The notes under the pieces are model-generated. The model had not been told where the DNA came from and did no database searches. It saw nothing but the letters and a program-made list of their open reading frames with translations. From NCBI GenBank assembly GCA_951406725.2, contig OX597824.1, forward strand, positions 47,554,001 through 47,618,000: a stretch of 64,000 nucleotides of DNA. Direction: 5' to 3'. Below, one piece after another: positions 45,801 through 60,727 of this stretch. Each line of letters begins with the position of its first letter. Position 1 is the stretch's first letter. This DNA is from Octopus vulgaris. Taxonomy: Eukaryota. The position numbers and the translations under genes were made by a program.

Positions 45801-45990
45801 TGACTTAAAATTGTATGATAGATTGCCGTCATTTCATTCTCTCTTACCTGTCTGTGTTTGCCTTTCAAGTGCTGTGTTTTTACTGAGATCTCCCTTTTAG
45901 TAGAAAGAATAGCTATAACTCTTTGACTGCTATTTCTAAATTCGGTGTGTGGTGAGGCAATTCGTTGCTAAACCCTTAATTGCTTAGTAT

Positions 45991-47681
<1,691 letters not shown>

Positions 47682-50113
47682 TGGGACAGCTTGCTGAGTG
47701 CCACAGACCGAGTCTGTGGATGGTGCAAAGTCCCTTCCAGACCTAGAATTACGTGCTGGTGGAATAGTGCAGTAGATAAAGCCATCTGTGAAAAGAGACG
47801 GGCCTGGAAAGCCTGGAAGGATGGGGGCAGCAGGGAACTGTACCAGATAGCCAAAAGGGAGGCTGGGCGGCAGGTATACATAGCCAAAGATGTAGCAGAA
47901 AAGAAGAAGTTTGCCAAAGTCCAGCGACGCGAGGATCAAAGAGCTGAAGTATTTCGGGTTGCCAGACAGTGTGTCAGAGAAAATAGTGATGTTATAGGAG
48001 AGAAATGTGTCCGCATGGATGATGGGGCACTTGCTTTTACTGCTAGTGAAAAGAAAGAGGCTTGGAGAAGCCATTATGAAAGACTGCTGAATGAGGAGAA
48101 TGAATGGGAGGAGGAGAGCCTGCCAAATGTTGACCCAGTAGAGGGACCAGCTACCCGAATAGACAGCTCCCTTGTAGATAAGGCAATTAAGGATATGAAA
48201 CCAGGCAAAGCCCCTGGCCTATCAGGAATCACTGCTGAGATGCTTAAAACAGCTGGCTATGTGGGTTATACCATAGTCACCCGCATTGTAAACCAGGTAG
48301 TTCACAATGGAGTCATACCCAATGACTGGTGCAGCAGCACCATAGTCAACTGCTACAAGGGTAAGGGTGATGCTCTAGATAGAAATAACTACAGAGGTAT
48401 CAAACTGTTGGACCAGGTGATGAAGGTCTCAGAGAAGGTCATAACCCATCTCATTAGGGAGAGAATTTGTTTAGATGAAATGCAGTTCGGTTTTGTACCA
48501 GGTAGAAGCACCACTGATGCTATATTCCTGGTTTGACAACTGCAGGAGAAGTACCTAGCTAAAGATAAACCCCTCTACATAGCTTTTGTAGACTTGGAGA
48601 AAGCTTTTGACAGGGTTCCCCGTTCCCTTATCTGGTGGTCGATGCAGAAACTGGAGATTGAAGAATGGCTAATAAGGGCTGTAAAGGCTCTATACAGAGA
48701 GGCTGTCAGCAAGGTTAGGATTGGCAACGAATATAGTGAAGAATTCCGGGTAGAAGTAGGTGTGCACCAGGGCTCAGCCCTCAGTCCCCTTTTATTCATC
48801 ATAGTCCTTCAGGCAATAACAGAGGAATTCAAAACAGGATGCCCCTGGGAGCTCCTCTATGCCGATGACCTAGCTCTCATAGCAGAATCACTACCGGAAC
48901 TAGAAGAGAAATTTCGGGTGTGGAAGCAAGGGTTGGAATCAAAGGGCCTTAGAATAAATGTAGCAAAGACCAAAGTATTAGTAAGCAGCAAGAGGTACTC
49001 AGCACACACCCCCTCGGGTAGGTGGCTCTGCTCAATCTGTGGTTAAGGTACAGGTAGAAACTCCATAAGATGCACCCAATGTAAGTTATGGACACATAAG
49101 AGGTGCAGCAACATTAAAGGGAAATTAACAGATAAGATAGCTTTCATGTGCGCAGATGCACAGGGACAATAGACACAACAGACACTCAGAAAACAGATTC
49201 CATCACACTCCAGGGAGAGAAACTAGAAGTAGTTGATAGTTTCCGCTACCTGGGTGACCAAGTTAGTAGCGGAGGTGGATGCACAGAGAGTATCACCACT
49301 AGAATACGAATAGCCTGGGCAAAGTTCAGAAAGCTCCTACCCCTACTGGCAACAAAAGGTCTCTCCCTCAGAGCGAAAGGTAGATTGTATGATGCATGTG
49401 TGCGAACTGCCATGCTTCACGGTAATGAAACATGGGCTGTGACTGCAGAGGACATGCGTAGACTTGAAAGAAATGAAGCTAGCATGATCCGCTGGATGTG
49501 TAGTGTCAGTGTGCATGCAAGACAGAGTGTAAACATCCTGAGAGAAATGCTGGATATAAGAAGCATCAGATGTGGTGTGCAAGAGCGACGCTTGCGATGG
49601 TATGGTCATGTGCTGCGGATGGATGAAGAGAGATGTGTGAAGAAGTGCCACTCCCAAACAGTTGAAGGTATCAGGGGGAGAGGTAGACCCAGGAAGACAT
49701 GGGATGAGGTAGTCAAGCATGACCTCAGAGCATTGGGCCTCACTGAGGCAATGGCGAAGGACCGAGATCTCTGGAGATATGCTGTGACTGCAAAGACCCG
49801 GGCTGCTTTCTGCAGCAATTCCACATACCCCCTACCCATTCAAAGTACCCCGGACCCCGTTGCCCCCGTGCCGCTGGCACGTTAAAAGCTTGAACCGATC
49901 GTGACCGATGCCGGACCCCCCAGCCCCTGTGCAGGTGGCACGTAAAAAGCACCCACTCCACTCACGGAGTGGTTGGCGTTAGGAAGGGCATCCAGCCGTA
50001 GAAACTCTGCCAGATCAGACTGGAGCCAGGAGCGGCCCCTGGCTTCCCAGACCCCGGTCGAACCGTCCAACCCGTGCTAGCGCGGAAAACGGACGTTAAA
50101 CGATGATGATGAT
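47682..50113 (+). mobile_element. 5'-truncated RTE-clade LINE, RT nearly intact (two stops, one frameshift), PHD-like finger, (GAT)n tail
   Basis: [65 protein letters not shown] and RGRPRKTW. Stops at 48534-36 and 49044-46, frameshift near 49150. Confidence 0.93.
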
Positions 50114-50811
<698 letters not shown>

Positions 50812-50900
50812 TGATTGATTGATTGATTGATTCCAGTTCCAGCCTGTGAGCTGTGGCCATGCTGGGGCACCGCCATTTGGTGTTGCTACTTGGTTTTACT

Positions 50901-53900
50901 TCATGGGGGCTTTCTAGCAACTGCTATTTGGTGCATGAGAGAGTTCGATGCAGCTGCCCTCATCTGCCCCTCCTGCCGTGAAGTTGGTTCATCTGGGACA
51001 CCAGACAGGAAGAGATCCAGCTTCATTTTAAAGACATCTGTATCCACCCCATGCAGGTCTCTCAGGTTCTTCGGGAGGATATTGAAGAGCTGTGGGCCTC
51101 GGAAGCCCAGGCTATCACAGAATCTTGTCCTACATCTTGATGGCAGGTTTGGAGTCCTAGGCACCACGCAGTGGCGCCCAGTTCTGGCATTTGTGTAACT
51201 CTCGATGCCAAAGTTCAGGACACTTCCCTCCAGGATCTTCCAGATGTATATTATGGCATATCTTTCCCGCCTACGCTCCAGGGAGTATAATTTTAATCTC
51301 TTGAGTCTTTCCCAGTAGCTTACATTCTGCATAGAGGCTATCTTCTTTGTGTAGCTTCGTTGGATCGCCTCAAGTTCTGTGATCAACTTGACACTGGATG
51401 GTGACCATAGCTGAGAGCAATAGTCAAAGTGGCTTAGGACAAGTGTCTTCCAGAGGACCATCATGGTTTCTTGTTCTCTTGTTCTAAAGGTTCTAAGAAT
51501 CCAGCCAGCCAGCCGTCTACATTTCACTGTCAGTTTAGCAACATGTACATGAAAGGTCGCGTCATCACTCATGTGAATACCCAGGTCACGCACTGATTGT
51601 GCCTCTGGGATTGCAATCCCTCCGGGTCCAGTGTATTCATTGGGTATTGCATTCAGTTTTGCATGCTGATAGTATAAAGCTTGAAACTTTCCAGCATTGA
51701 ACTGCATGCTATTCTTTTCAGCCCACTTGTATATTTCGTCCAGCTCACATTGCAGGTTTTTAGTGTCCTCAGGGTTCTGTATTGCCTGTGAAACTTTTGT
51801 ATCATCTGCATAACTTGTGATCGTGGATCTCTGCGTGGCTGAGGGCATGTCTGAGAGGGCCATTATGAACAGTAGTGGTCCCAAAACAGTGCCCTGTGGA
51901 ACACCACTCATTATTTGCGTGTTAATGGAAGTGGCCCCATTGGCTACTACCACCTGACTTCTATTCTTCAGAAAGTCGTGAAGCCATTCTCCTAGTTTTC
52001 CAACTATGCCAAGATCACGCAACCTGTGACATATCATTCCGTGATCGACTTTATCGAAGGCCTTTACGAAGTCGAGATATATGACTTCCACATTTGAGTG
52101 GTTGAGCAGTTGTTTCAGCACCCAGTCATAGTGCTGCAGGAGCTGAGTTAAGCAGCTTCTTCCTGGTCGGAAACCATGTTGGGTGTCAGGCAGCAAGTCA
52201 TTTTCTTCAAGGAAGGTGATTAGTTTCCTTCTGACTATTCGTTCCATGACCTTGCTGATGTGTGAGGTCAGAGAGATAGGTCTGTAGTTCTTTGCCTCCG
52301 CTCTGCTACCTCCTTTATGAATAGGGCATATTTTACCTTCCTTCAGTCCCCTTGGAAGTTTGCCAGCTGCAAGGAAGCTCTGAAAGAGGGACTGCAGTGG
52401 TCTTGCTAAGACTCTCTTACATACTTTTAGGAGGATTGCCGGGAATCCATCGGGGCCAGTAGCTGAGTCTATTTTCATTTCATCTATAGCCTTTATTACA
52501 TCGTCTTCCTTTATCTCGATGTAACTTATCGTCGCCGCCTCTGATTCTATATCTGCAGTGGTAAAGAAGTCAGTTGGATTGCTGATTTGGAAATGCCCAA
52601 GGGGTGGAGTGAAAACACTCTTGAATTGTTCATTCAGTATTTCACTTACCCTCATTGGTTTTCCTGTGAGTGTGCCATCCTTTTCAAGGAGTGGCCCTAT
52701 CCTACAGTGCACTGTAGCCGTTTCTTTGGCATACCTGTAGAAAGCTCTGGGGTTAGTTTTTATGTTGTCTATAGCCCAGGCTTCTTTGTCTGCTCTTTCC
52801 TTCTCATGGGAAAGTTGCAGACAATTTTCAATTTCCAACAGTTTTATTTTCAGGCGGGACTTTTCACTACTTTCAATTTGTTTGTTTAGGCGATTTGAAA
52901 TTTTTGTACGCCGTCTCATTAAAATTTTCCTCTCTCTGGGGATTTTGTTCTTGTGTACAGTGGCCTTTCTCTCTGGGACACATTTGTAGCATATGGCTTG
53001 CATTACAGACATGAATTGTTGAAGTATCATGTCGATGTCCGGCGAGGAGAGACATTCAGGCCAGTTTTGTTTGAGGATCTCTTTCTCAATTTGTTTCCAG
53101 TTTGCCTTATTGAAGTTCAAGCTGGAAAGATTCTGAGGGTTTCTTGTAGGCTGCATGTCCGTGCTCTCTTTTGGCCCGTACATGGTCAGCTCTACCATGT
53201 TGTGATCCGAGAGTAGTGTCGGTGTCACTTTCACATTATGGATGAGATCCATATTATTTGTGAAGCAGAGATCCAGTGTGTTACCTGCTCTGGTTGGTTG
53301 CAGTATTACTTGCTCCATGTACAGGGTGTTGGTGAGGTTCAGGAGGGACCTCGCCTGTCCACGTTCACATCTTGTCATTCCTGGGAGAGAAAGGCCCTCG
53401 GGCCATCTGACATTCGGTAGATTGAAGTCTCCCATGAGAAGTACACTTATGTGTTGTTCTAATGTGGTTAGAACTTCTTCTATTTTTAAAAGGCAGTCCT
53501 CGAACTTGCCCATATGACTTGGGGCATCTGGAGGGCGATATGTAGCACACACAACTACATCAAGTTGCCTTATGTGTACAATTAGTGTGTCACACACCGA
53601 GTTTGAGTATGACAAAAGGACCTGGGGTGTGAGGTCCCCACGGATGTACATAGCAACTCCTCCATGACTCCTTTCTTTCCTGTCGGTCCGTAGTACAACA
53701 TACTGTGGTATGTGTAATTCCGCATCTGCTATGTCCGGTTTCAGATGCGTTTCTGTGAGTGCTATGCATAAGGCTTGATTGCATGCGACAAAGTCTCTCA
53801 GGAACGGGACTTTTGTCCTGTTACTGTGTGTTAGTAAACCTCTGATGTTCAGTAGGAGCATCGAGGTGAGGTGTATGCTGTTGCCGGCGTTGTCCACCCT

Positions 53901-54005
53901 GGGTCCATCTGCTGTGGCGGTCTTGTGAACTGTGGGCAGTTCCATCTGCGAGCCTGAGCCTGATGGAGCCAGGTTAGCTGCTGTACAATCTTTTGTGCCA
54001 TGCAC
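50901..54005 (-). CDS. LINE ORF2: APE endonuclease + reverse transcriptase, 1034 codons uninterrupted (track start is GTG, first ATG at 53945)
   Basis: [32 protein letters not shown] and SDHN (APE). [49 protein letters not shown] and RDLG (RT). Confidence 0.93.
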   Translation of the reverse strand: MHGTKDCTAANLAPSGSGSQMELPTVHKTATADGPRVDNAGNSIHLTSMLLLNIRGLLTHSNRTKVPFLRDFVACNQALCIALTETHLKPDIADAELHIPQYVVLRTDRKERSHGGVAMYIRGDLTPQVLLSYSNSVCDTLIVHIRQLDVVVCATYRPPDAPSHMGKFEDCLLKIEEVLTTLEQHISVLLMGDFNLPNVRWPEGLSLPGMTRCERGQARSLLNLTNTLYMEQVILQPTRAGNTLDLCFTNNMDLIHNVKVTPTLLSDHNMVELTMYGPKESTDMQPTRNPQNLSSLNFNKANWKQIEKEILKQNWPECLSSPDIDMILQQFMSVMQAICYKCVPERKATVHKNKIPRERKILMRRRTKISNRLNKQIESSEKSRLKIKLLEIENCLQLSHEKERADKEAWAIDNIKTNPRAFYRYAKETATVHCRIGPLLEKDGTLTGKPMRVSEILNEQFKSVFTPPLGHFQISNPTDFFTTADIESEAATISYIEIKEDDVIKAIDEMKIDSATGPDGFPAILLKVCKRVLARPLQSLFQSFLAAGKLPRGLKEGKICPIHKGGSRAEAKNYRPISLTSHISKVMERIVRRKLITFLEENDLLPDTQHGFRPGRSCLTQLLQHYDWVLKQLLNHSNVEVIYLDFVKAFDKVDHGMICHRLRDLGIVGKLGEWLHDFLKNRSQVVVANGATSINTQIMSGVPQGTVLGPLLFIMALSDMPSATQRSTITSYADDTKVSQAIQNPEDTKNLQCELDEIYKWAEKNSMQFNAGKFQALYYQHAKLNAIPNEYTGPGGIAIPEAQSVRDLGIHMSDDATFHVHVAKLTVKCRRLAGWILRTFRTREQETMMVLWKTLVLSHFDYCSQLWSPSSVKLITELEAIQRSYTKKIASMQNVSYWERLKRLKLYSLERRRERYAIIYIWKILEGSVLNFGIESYTNARTGRHCVVPRTPNLPSRCRTRFCDSLGFRGPQLFNILPKNLRDLHGVDTDVFKMKLDLFLSGVPDEPTSRQEGQMRAAASNSLMHQIAVARKPP

Positions 54006-54700
54006 AAAAAAGATTCCTGCTCAGCAGCTGCCCTTTCAACAACACGTTGGTGGTTTGTGGTACGCACCACATCTGCGTACCTCCGTTTTGGGGCAGGTGA
54101 TGCCTGGTCCATCCCATTTCCTTTCGGTGGTTGGTTTCTGTGGCAGGGTCCCGGATGTGCAAAGCGGCAGCCTGCACCTTCCTCTCCATGCCGGCAGGCA
54201 CCTTTCAGGTAGAACCTACATACCCGTGTGCGCTGCTTGTTTCCATCCTTTTTGGCATATGGACCGTTAGGTTTGCCTCTGTCCCTGGCTGCCTTGTCCC
54301 TTGGCTTTGTCTGAGTTTTAGCTTCAGTTTTTCCTCTTTTTTTGGCCTCTTCATCTCCATGTCCACGGCTTTTGGAGCCGGTAGGAGCATCCGTACCTGG
54401 GTTCACCTCCCGGGCAGGCCTATCGTTGGAGTTTTCTTCCTGGGCGTCCACCAGGTGGGGGTGACCCTCCTCATCTGCGCCCACGTCTCCATCCTTGCCA
54501 TCTTTACTTTGTTCGCGTTTTTCGCTGTTAAAAATGGCATCCAGTGTGTTTATGTGCGATCTGACAAGTGCGTATGAGCGTACGAACTCTTGCCTCTTCC
54601 GCTCTATTTGTGCTGATGTCCTTTTGAATCCTTTGTTCTTTAGTGCTGCCGCAATTATGTTACTTGGACTTTCTCCGTCAGCGCATTGCCATCCTCGCAG

Positions 54701-54703
<3 letters not shown>
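53849..54703 (-). CDS. LINE ORF1, 5'-truncated, with a trihelix/Myb-SANT-like segment and a CCCH zinc finger
   Basis: Non-repeat part of ORF 53849-55393: [28 protein letters not shown] and [22 protein letters not shown] (C-x7-C-x8-C-x3-H). Confidence 0.75.
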
Positions 54704-55478
<775 letters not shown>

Positions 55479-55523
55479 TTTCAGTTTCCATCTACCAAAT
55501 TCACCCACAAGGCTCTATATATA

Positions 55524-56560
55524 CAGTGGTGGGCACGTTTCTGCTAATTCGCTAACAGCTAATTAGCAAAGCTAACTTTTTGTTTAGTGGATTAGCATTT
55601 TCGCTAACTTTGGAAACCGTTAGTGGACCAATTAGCTTCTGCTAAATTTAGTTCCACTAACTTTAAGTCCACTAATGAAATTCATAAGTTTGTTCCTGTC
55701 TGTTGTGGGCATGTCTTGAAGAGTCTGTCAGGCATACTATTGGCTGACTACGTGTACACACGACAAGGTGTAATTGGTCAATGCAGCAGCAGCTAACTGA
55801 GCAGCATTGTATAATTCTGCAGTTTTGAGCTGTGTTCACATATGATGATGTTACATTACAGACAGTCTTATGGTGTCAGCAACAGCAGTGTACATTATCG
55901 GCTTATCAAGTTATCGCTTATTGTTATGGAAAGTGAAAATGTTTCTGTTCGGACTGAGGATGAAGGGGCTATTGAGGAGTCTGCAATGGCTGTGGGTGAG
56001 GAGAGGTTGCTCAGGTTGAGAGCCAGGAGTCTCAGAACCCATGGCTTCACATGGAGGACTACTTTATCTTTATGCCAAGAGATAAGAGCAATGCCAAAAT
56101 CCTGTACTTCCAGTGCATCATTTGCCAGCTCAAGGAGACCACCATCACGGGACAAGCAGCGAGCTTCTACAACTTGAAGTCACGTGCACCCAGTGCATGC
56201 CATCCAGTTTTAGGAGAGGATCAAGGCCAGCTCTTCCTGTGGGAAACACAGACAATCTTCTGGTAGCAGTGCCAGTAGTCAGTTGTTGCAGCCATATACA
56301 AAGAAAGCACACCAGCCCAACATTGACAAGGCATTTGCCCAAACTGCTGGCACTGGCGTTCATAAGTCTATGGTGGTCAGAAGGATTGTAGACCTATTTG
56401 TTGACAACATGCTACCTACCACTGCATGTAGTGGAATCCTCCACCTTGGTCAGCCTGATCAAGACGCTAAACCCCAGTAAGACGTCAATGTCCTGCTGCA
56501 CTCTGGGCAGGATGATCTTGGCCAGCCATAAACAGCTGGAGGAGTATCTTACAAGGTATT
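55524..56560 (+). mobile_element. hAT-like DNA transposon, left end and decayed transposase N-terminus (BED-type zinc finger)
   Basis: CAGTGGTGGGCA terminus and dense gctaa/ttagc subterminal repeats. Peptides NPWLHMEDYFIF...YFQCIICQLK...FYNLKS and RRIVDLFVDNMLP. No right TIR was found. Confidence 0.7.
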
Positions 56561-56582
56561 TATAAATTAAAATTATACCAGA

Positions 56583-57096
56583 CTAGCAGCATAGCCTGGT
56601 ATTGCCCGGGTATGTAAGAGCCTCTGGAGCAGACATGATGCTCGCTGTGAATTAAAAAAAATTCCTGCCAATTTGTGAAAGATATTGTCGAAAATATGTC
56701 ATCTTGAATTTGAACACGATTTCCCAAAATGGCATGATTTTATCGATTTTTTCTGATGGTAAGGTATTGCATGGAAAACTATCGTCAGAATTAAGTTTCT
56801 TAGGGTAACATTAAGCTTCACCGTGAGTTTGGTGAAAATCGATTGCAAGTTGTGAAAACTACAACAGAAAATGTGTTGCAAATAAAAAGCTTAGATTCTC
56901 GACCCCATGTCGAATTTATCAATTTTTTTCAGAACTAGGGTAACTATTCAAAATTTTCGCTGCGTTAGTTTTGAATTACGACATTGGGCTATGTGTGTGT
57001 CAAGTTTCATCAGAATTGGTTGAAAGCCGTGGTCAGGGTGAGGGTACAACCTGACAGACACACAGACAGACAAACTGCCGTTTATATAGAGAGAGA
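56583..57096 (-). mobile_element. Non-autonomous Helitron, ~514 bp
   Basis: Minus strand reads A|TCTCTCTCTATATAAA...(ctgt)n...cccgggcaataccagg (imperfect hairpin)...CTAG|T. This gives a 5' TC, a 3' CTAG, an AT target and no TSD. Confidence 0.8.
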
Positions 57097-57649
57097 TTAT
57101 TAAATTATTATTATGGCATACTTCATATTTTCTTAATTTAATTAAATTATGTAACTATTTATTAAATGATGTAATAAAATGTATAATAGCTAATTGAAAT
57201 AAATGTCGTAATATATAATATATGGTATATATAAATATTCCACTCATGTTTAAATCTGCACAGTCAAAACAGCAGTCTTTAATGAAATAACGAATAAACA
57301 AATCTTAAGTTCTGAACTTATCAAATTCCGACTATCATTCCATCCCTCATCTTGGTTATTCATCACCACCAGTGCATCACTTATTAAGGTAGTGTCACAA
57401 TTTCCAAAAGTTTAATAACAAGGCTTTAAATTATAAGCAATATTTCTATGAATTTAGAACAGCCTAGTAACAAATGTTAAACTACAATCTGTATGATTTC
57501 TATAAACAAAATATGGTTATAAGATACTGCAATCAAATGTCCTGCCTCCTTCCTACTTGCAAAAAAATTGTACAAACCATGTGCTCACAAAAAGCATTGC
57601 AGCTTGCATGGAGATGCTGATGAGAGGCTAGTTATTATTTTTTTTTTCA

Positions 57650-59010
57650 GTAGGCCTTGATCATACTCTGTGTTAGTTTATATATAGTGATGGTGAATTA
57701 TTTCCTTGTTGGTTTTAAATTGTTGTGTAGCATAGCTCGGTGATATCCTCACTGTTTGAGAGAGATCATAGAAATGATGTCGTATCAGAGAGCAGCCACC
57801 TTTTGGTTGCTTAGGATCAGTTGTGTCTGCTACTCTGATTGGTTGGTTTTGGTGCAATTTTATTTTGTGCTATTGTGTAAGCCAACCAATCAGAACCTTC
57901 GGATAAGGTCCCATGACACAGTCTTTTTGGGTTTTCACTGGAGCCCACCTTCTGCTTTAAAAGGCCCCAGCATTTGCTATATCTCTGTCTTTGGTCTCTG
58001 ACCATTGACCATACAGCAGCTACAGACAACCAGACAGCCATCTGATGATACAAAATTATTACAGCCAATAAGAAATTCAGATGATGTCACAAGTTTACAG
58101 TCAGACCTGAATGCAATATACAAATAGACTGAAGTAAATAACATGCAGTTTAATGCTGGAAAATTTCAAGCACTGCACTATCAATTCACATGCACTGCAG
58201 CCTACATATATGGGACCTGACAGCACTGCAATCCCAGAGTCATAGGTAGTAAGAGATTTGGGGATCAGTATGTGCAATAATGCATCATTGCATATGCACG
58301 TTACCAAGTTCAAAGTGCTGACAGTTAGTGGGATGGATACTAAGGTTCTTCAAGACAAGAGACCAAGAAGTTAATCCTGTGGAGGACTTTTGTTCTCAGC
58401 TGCTACATAGTGCCAAACTAACAGTAGAGCTTGACGCGGTCTAATGACACTACACTAAATTGTAACAGCACAGGAGTTGAGCTACAAGGAGAGGCTGAAA
58501 AAACTACAACTATACTCTCTGGAGCGAAGGCACAACAGATATGTAATGATCTACATATGGAAAATTCTGGAAGGACTAGTACCTAATTTTGGCACTGAGT
58601 GTTATACAAATACCAGAATTGAATACCATTGTATCATATCAAAGGTACCATTCACTTTATTTAAATTCAGGACCAGGTACTTGCAATAGCTTAGGCTTCA
58701 AAAGCCCGCAGCTCTTCAATGCCCCACCACAAAATTTAAGAAACCTACATAATGTGGATGGAGATGTCCTCAAAAAGGAACTAGAAATTCTCTTCTCCAC
58801 AATACCGGATAGACCAATGGTTCAGTATGAGGTACAGATAAGGGCAGTGGAATTAAATTCCCCCATACACCAAATGGGCCAACAGCTGGGACAAAGGTAC
58901 ATGCAGGAGTGGTGATGTGAAACACCACCACCATGACAAAATCAGCTGAAAGAGAATCATAAGTAATGCTGCAAAATAATAGTGGTGCTCCTGCATGACA
59001 GCAGCCAAGC
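57650..59010 (+). mobile_element. Older decayed CR1-group LINE 3' fragment of the same family as 50812-54703
   Basis: [38 protein letters not shown]...NSLGFKSPQLFN, with tail motif gtggtgctcctgcatgac at 58982. Confidence 0.85.
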
Positions 59011-59173
59011 AGAGTTAGCAGTTATAGTAACTGACTAAGGGATAAAATATCCGTATTTACTATCAGTATCAGTTACCTGTGTTATCTCTGGGCATGAGTA
59101 TGCTGGCACACTATGCTTGTAGAGTACAGGTAACAACAGAATGAAGAAAAGTTTATCAGGAATCAAATTTAAA

Positions 59174-59380
59174 TAATCAGAAAATGGAGAAAACTTTAGA
59201 TCAGCAAAAAATCAATTGAACCACATCTGTAGCTTATTATTTAATGCAAAACATGACATAACATTTATGTGACATAAATGCCACATAAATGTTATGTCAT
59301 GTTTTGTATCAAATAATAAGCTACAGATGTGGTCCAATTGAGTTGTTTGTTGATCTAAAGTTTTCTCCATTTTCTGATTA
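59174..59380. repeat. Near-perfect ~207-bp palindrome (~98-bp arms, ~10-nt loop) abutting (TA)n
   Basis: taatcagaaaatggagaaaactttagatca...ataacatttatgtg is the reverse complement of cacataaatgttat...tgatctaaagttttctccattttctgatta. Confidence 0.92.
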
Positions 59381-59398
59381 TATATATATATATATATA

Positions 59399-60586
59399 GG
59401 ATGTGTAATGTCAGTGTGCGTAGTCGACAGAGTGTAGGTACCTTGAGAGAAATGTTGGACCTAAGAAGCATCAGATGTGGTGTGCAAGAGAGACGCGCTG
59501 GGCGAAATGCTTAGTGGTATTTCGTCTGCCATTATGTTCTGAGTTCAAATTCCGTCGAGGTCGACTTTGCCTTTCATCCTTTCGGGGTCGATAAATTAAG
59601 TACCAGTTACGCACTGGGGTCGATGTAATCGACTTAATACCTATGTCTGTCCTTGTTTGTCCCCTCTATGTTCAGCCCCTTGTGGGTAATAAAGAAATAG
59701 GTATGGTCATGTGGCAAGAATGTATGAGGACAGCTGTGTGAAAAAGTGCCACAACCTAGCAGTTGAAGGAACCTGTGGAAGAGGTAGACCCAGGAAGAGC
59801 TGGGATGAAGTGGTGAAGCACGACCTTCGAACTTTAGGCCTCACCAAGGCAATGACTAGTGACTGAGACCTTTGGAAATATGCTGTGCGTGAGAAGACCA
59901 GGCAAGCCAAATGAGACCATAATCTCATGGCCTATGCCAGGGGTGTAACCAGCCCACTTATGCGTACCTTTTCCTCCTTGGAACACTAAAACTCTGCTTG
60001 CGAAGACCTGTTGAGGCAAGTGAAATCAATCAACCAATCAAAAGCAAAATCAAATTCGATGACTGACGTCCATGCTAGCAGGGTGCAAAGAGCACCATAC
60101 GAGCGTGATTACTGACAATGGCTAACCAACTTCCATGCCAGTGGTGCTTAAAGGGCACCATTTGAGCATGATCGTTACCAGCGTCGCCTTACTGGCACTT
60201 GTGCCTGTGCTAGTAGGGTGCCAAGAGCACCATCCGAGCGTGATCGTTGCCAGAGCAGCCAACTGGCTTCCATGCCAGTGGGCACGTAAAAGGGCACCTT
60301 TCGAGCGTGACTGTTACCAAAATCGCCTTCTGGCACCTGTGCTGGTGGCATGTATAAAAAGATTTGAGTGAGGTCGTTGCCAGTACCGCCTGACTGGCCC
60401 TCGTGCTGGTTGCATGTAAAAGCACCCACTACACTCTCGGGGTGGTTGGCATTAGGAAGGGCATCCAGCTGTAGAAACTGCCAAATCAAGACTGGAGCCT
60501 GGTGCAGCCATCTGGTCCACCAGCCCTCAGTCAAAATCGTCCAACCCATGCTAGCATGGAAAGCAGACGTTGAACAATGATGATGA

Positions 60587-60591
<5 letters not shown>
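59399..60591 (+). mobile_element. RTE LINE 3' fragment (RT C-terminus, long repetitive 3' UTR, (GAT)n tail) interrupted by a SINE
   Basis: LREMLDLRSIRCGVQER, then the SINE, then YGHVARMYEDSCVKKC...RGRPRKSWDEVVKHDL. The UTR resembles 32065-32530. Confidence 0.85.
59501..59700 (+). mobile_element. Young tRNA-derived SINE (5'-truncated) nested in the RTE fragment
   Basis: B-box gagttcaaattcc, CpG-rich body and aataaagaaata tail. It splits the RTE W-Y-G-H codons. Confidence 0.8.
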
Positions 60592-60628
<37 letters not shown>

Positions 60629-60645
60629 GCACACACACACATGTA

Positions 60646-60698
<53 letters not shown>

Positions 60699-60727
60699 GT
60701 ATGTATGTATGTATATAATATATATAT

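Larger units (their letters stand above)
45122..45990 (+). mobile_element. Second, duplicated copy of the retrozyme-like element
   Basis: Matches 42388-43256 at an offset of 2734 bp. Confidence 0.75.
50812..54703 (-). mobile_element. Young CR1-group non-LTR retrotransposon: partial ORF1, intact ORF2, short 3' UTR, (AATC)n tail
   Basis: Two overlapping uninterrupted ORFs. The minus-strand 3' end is ggcggtgccccagcatggccacagc...aatcaatcaatc. Both ends abut (TA)n. Confidence 0.93.

Noticed and set aside
52558-54577. Plus-strand ORFs overlapping the CR1 LINE
   Set aside because: They are antisense shadows of the real ORFs and have no recognisable motifs.
57605-57670. ctgatgag-aggc...gcct-tga hammerhead-like word (similar words at ~11122 and ~30261)
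   Set aside because: There is no GAAA core or stem I/III pairing. These are at best decayed motifs.
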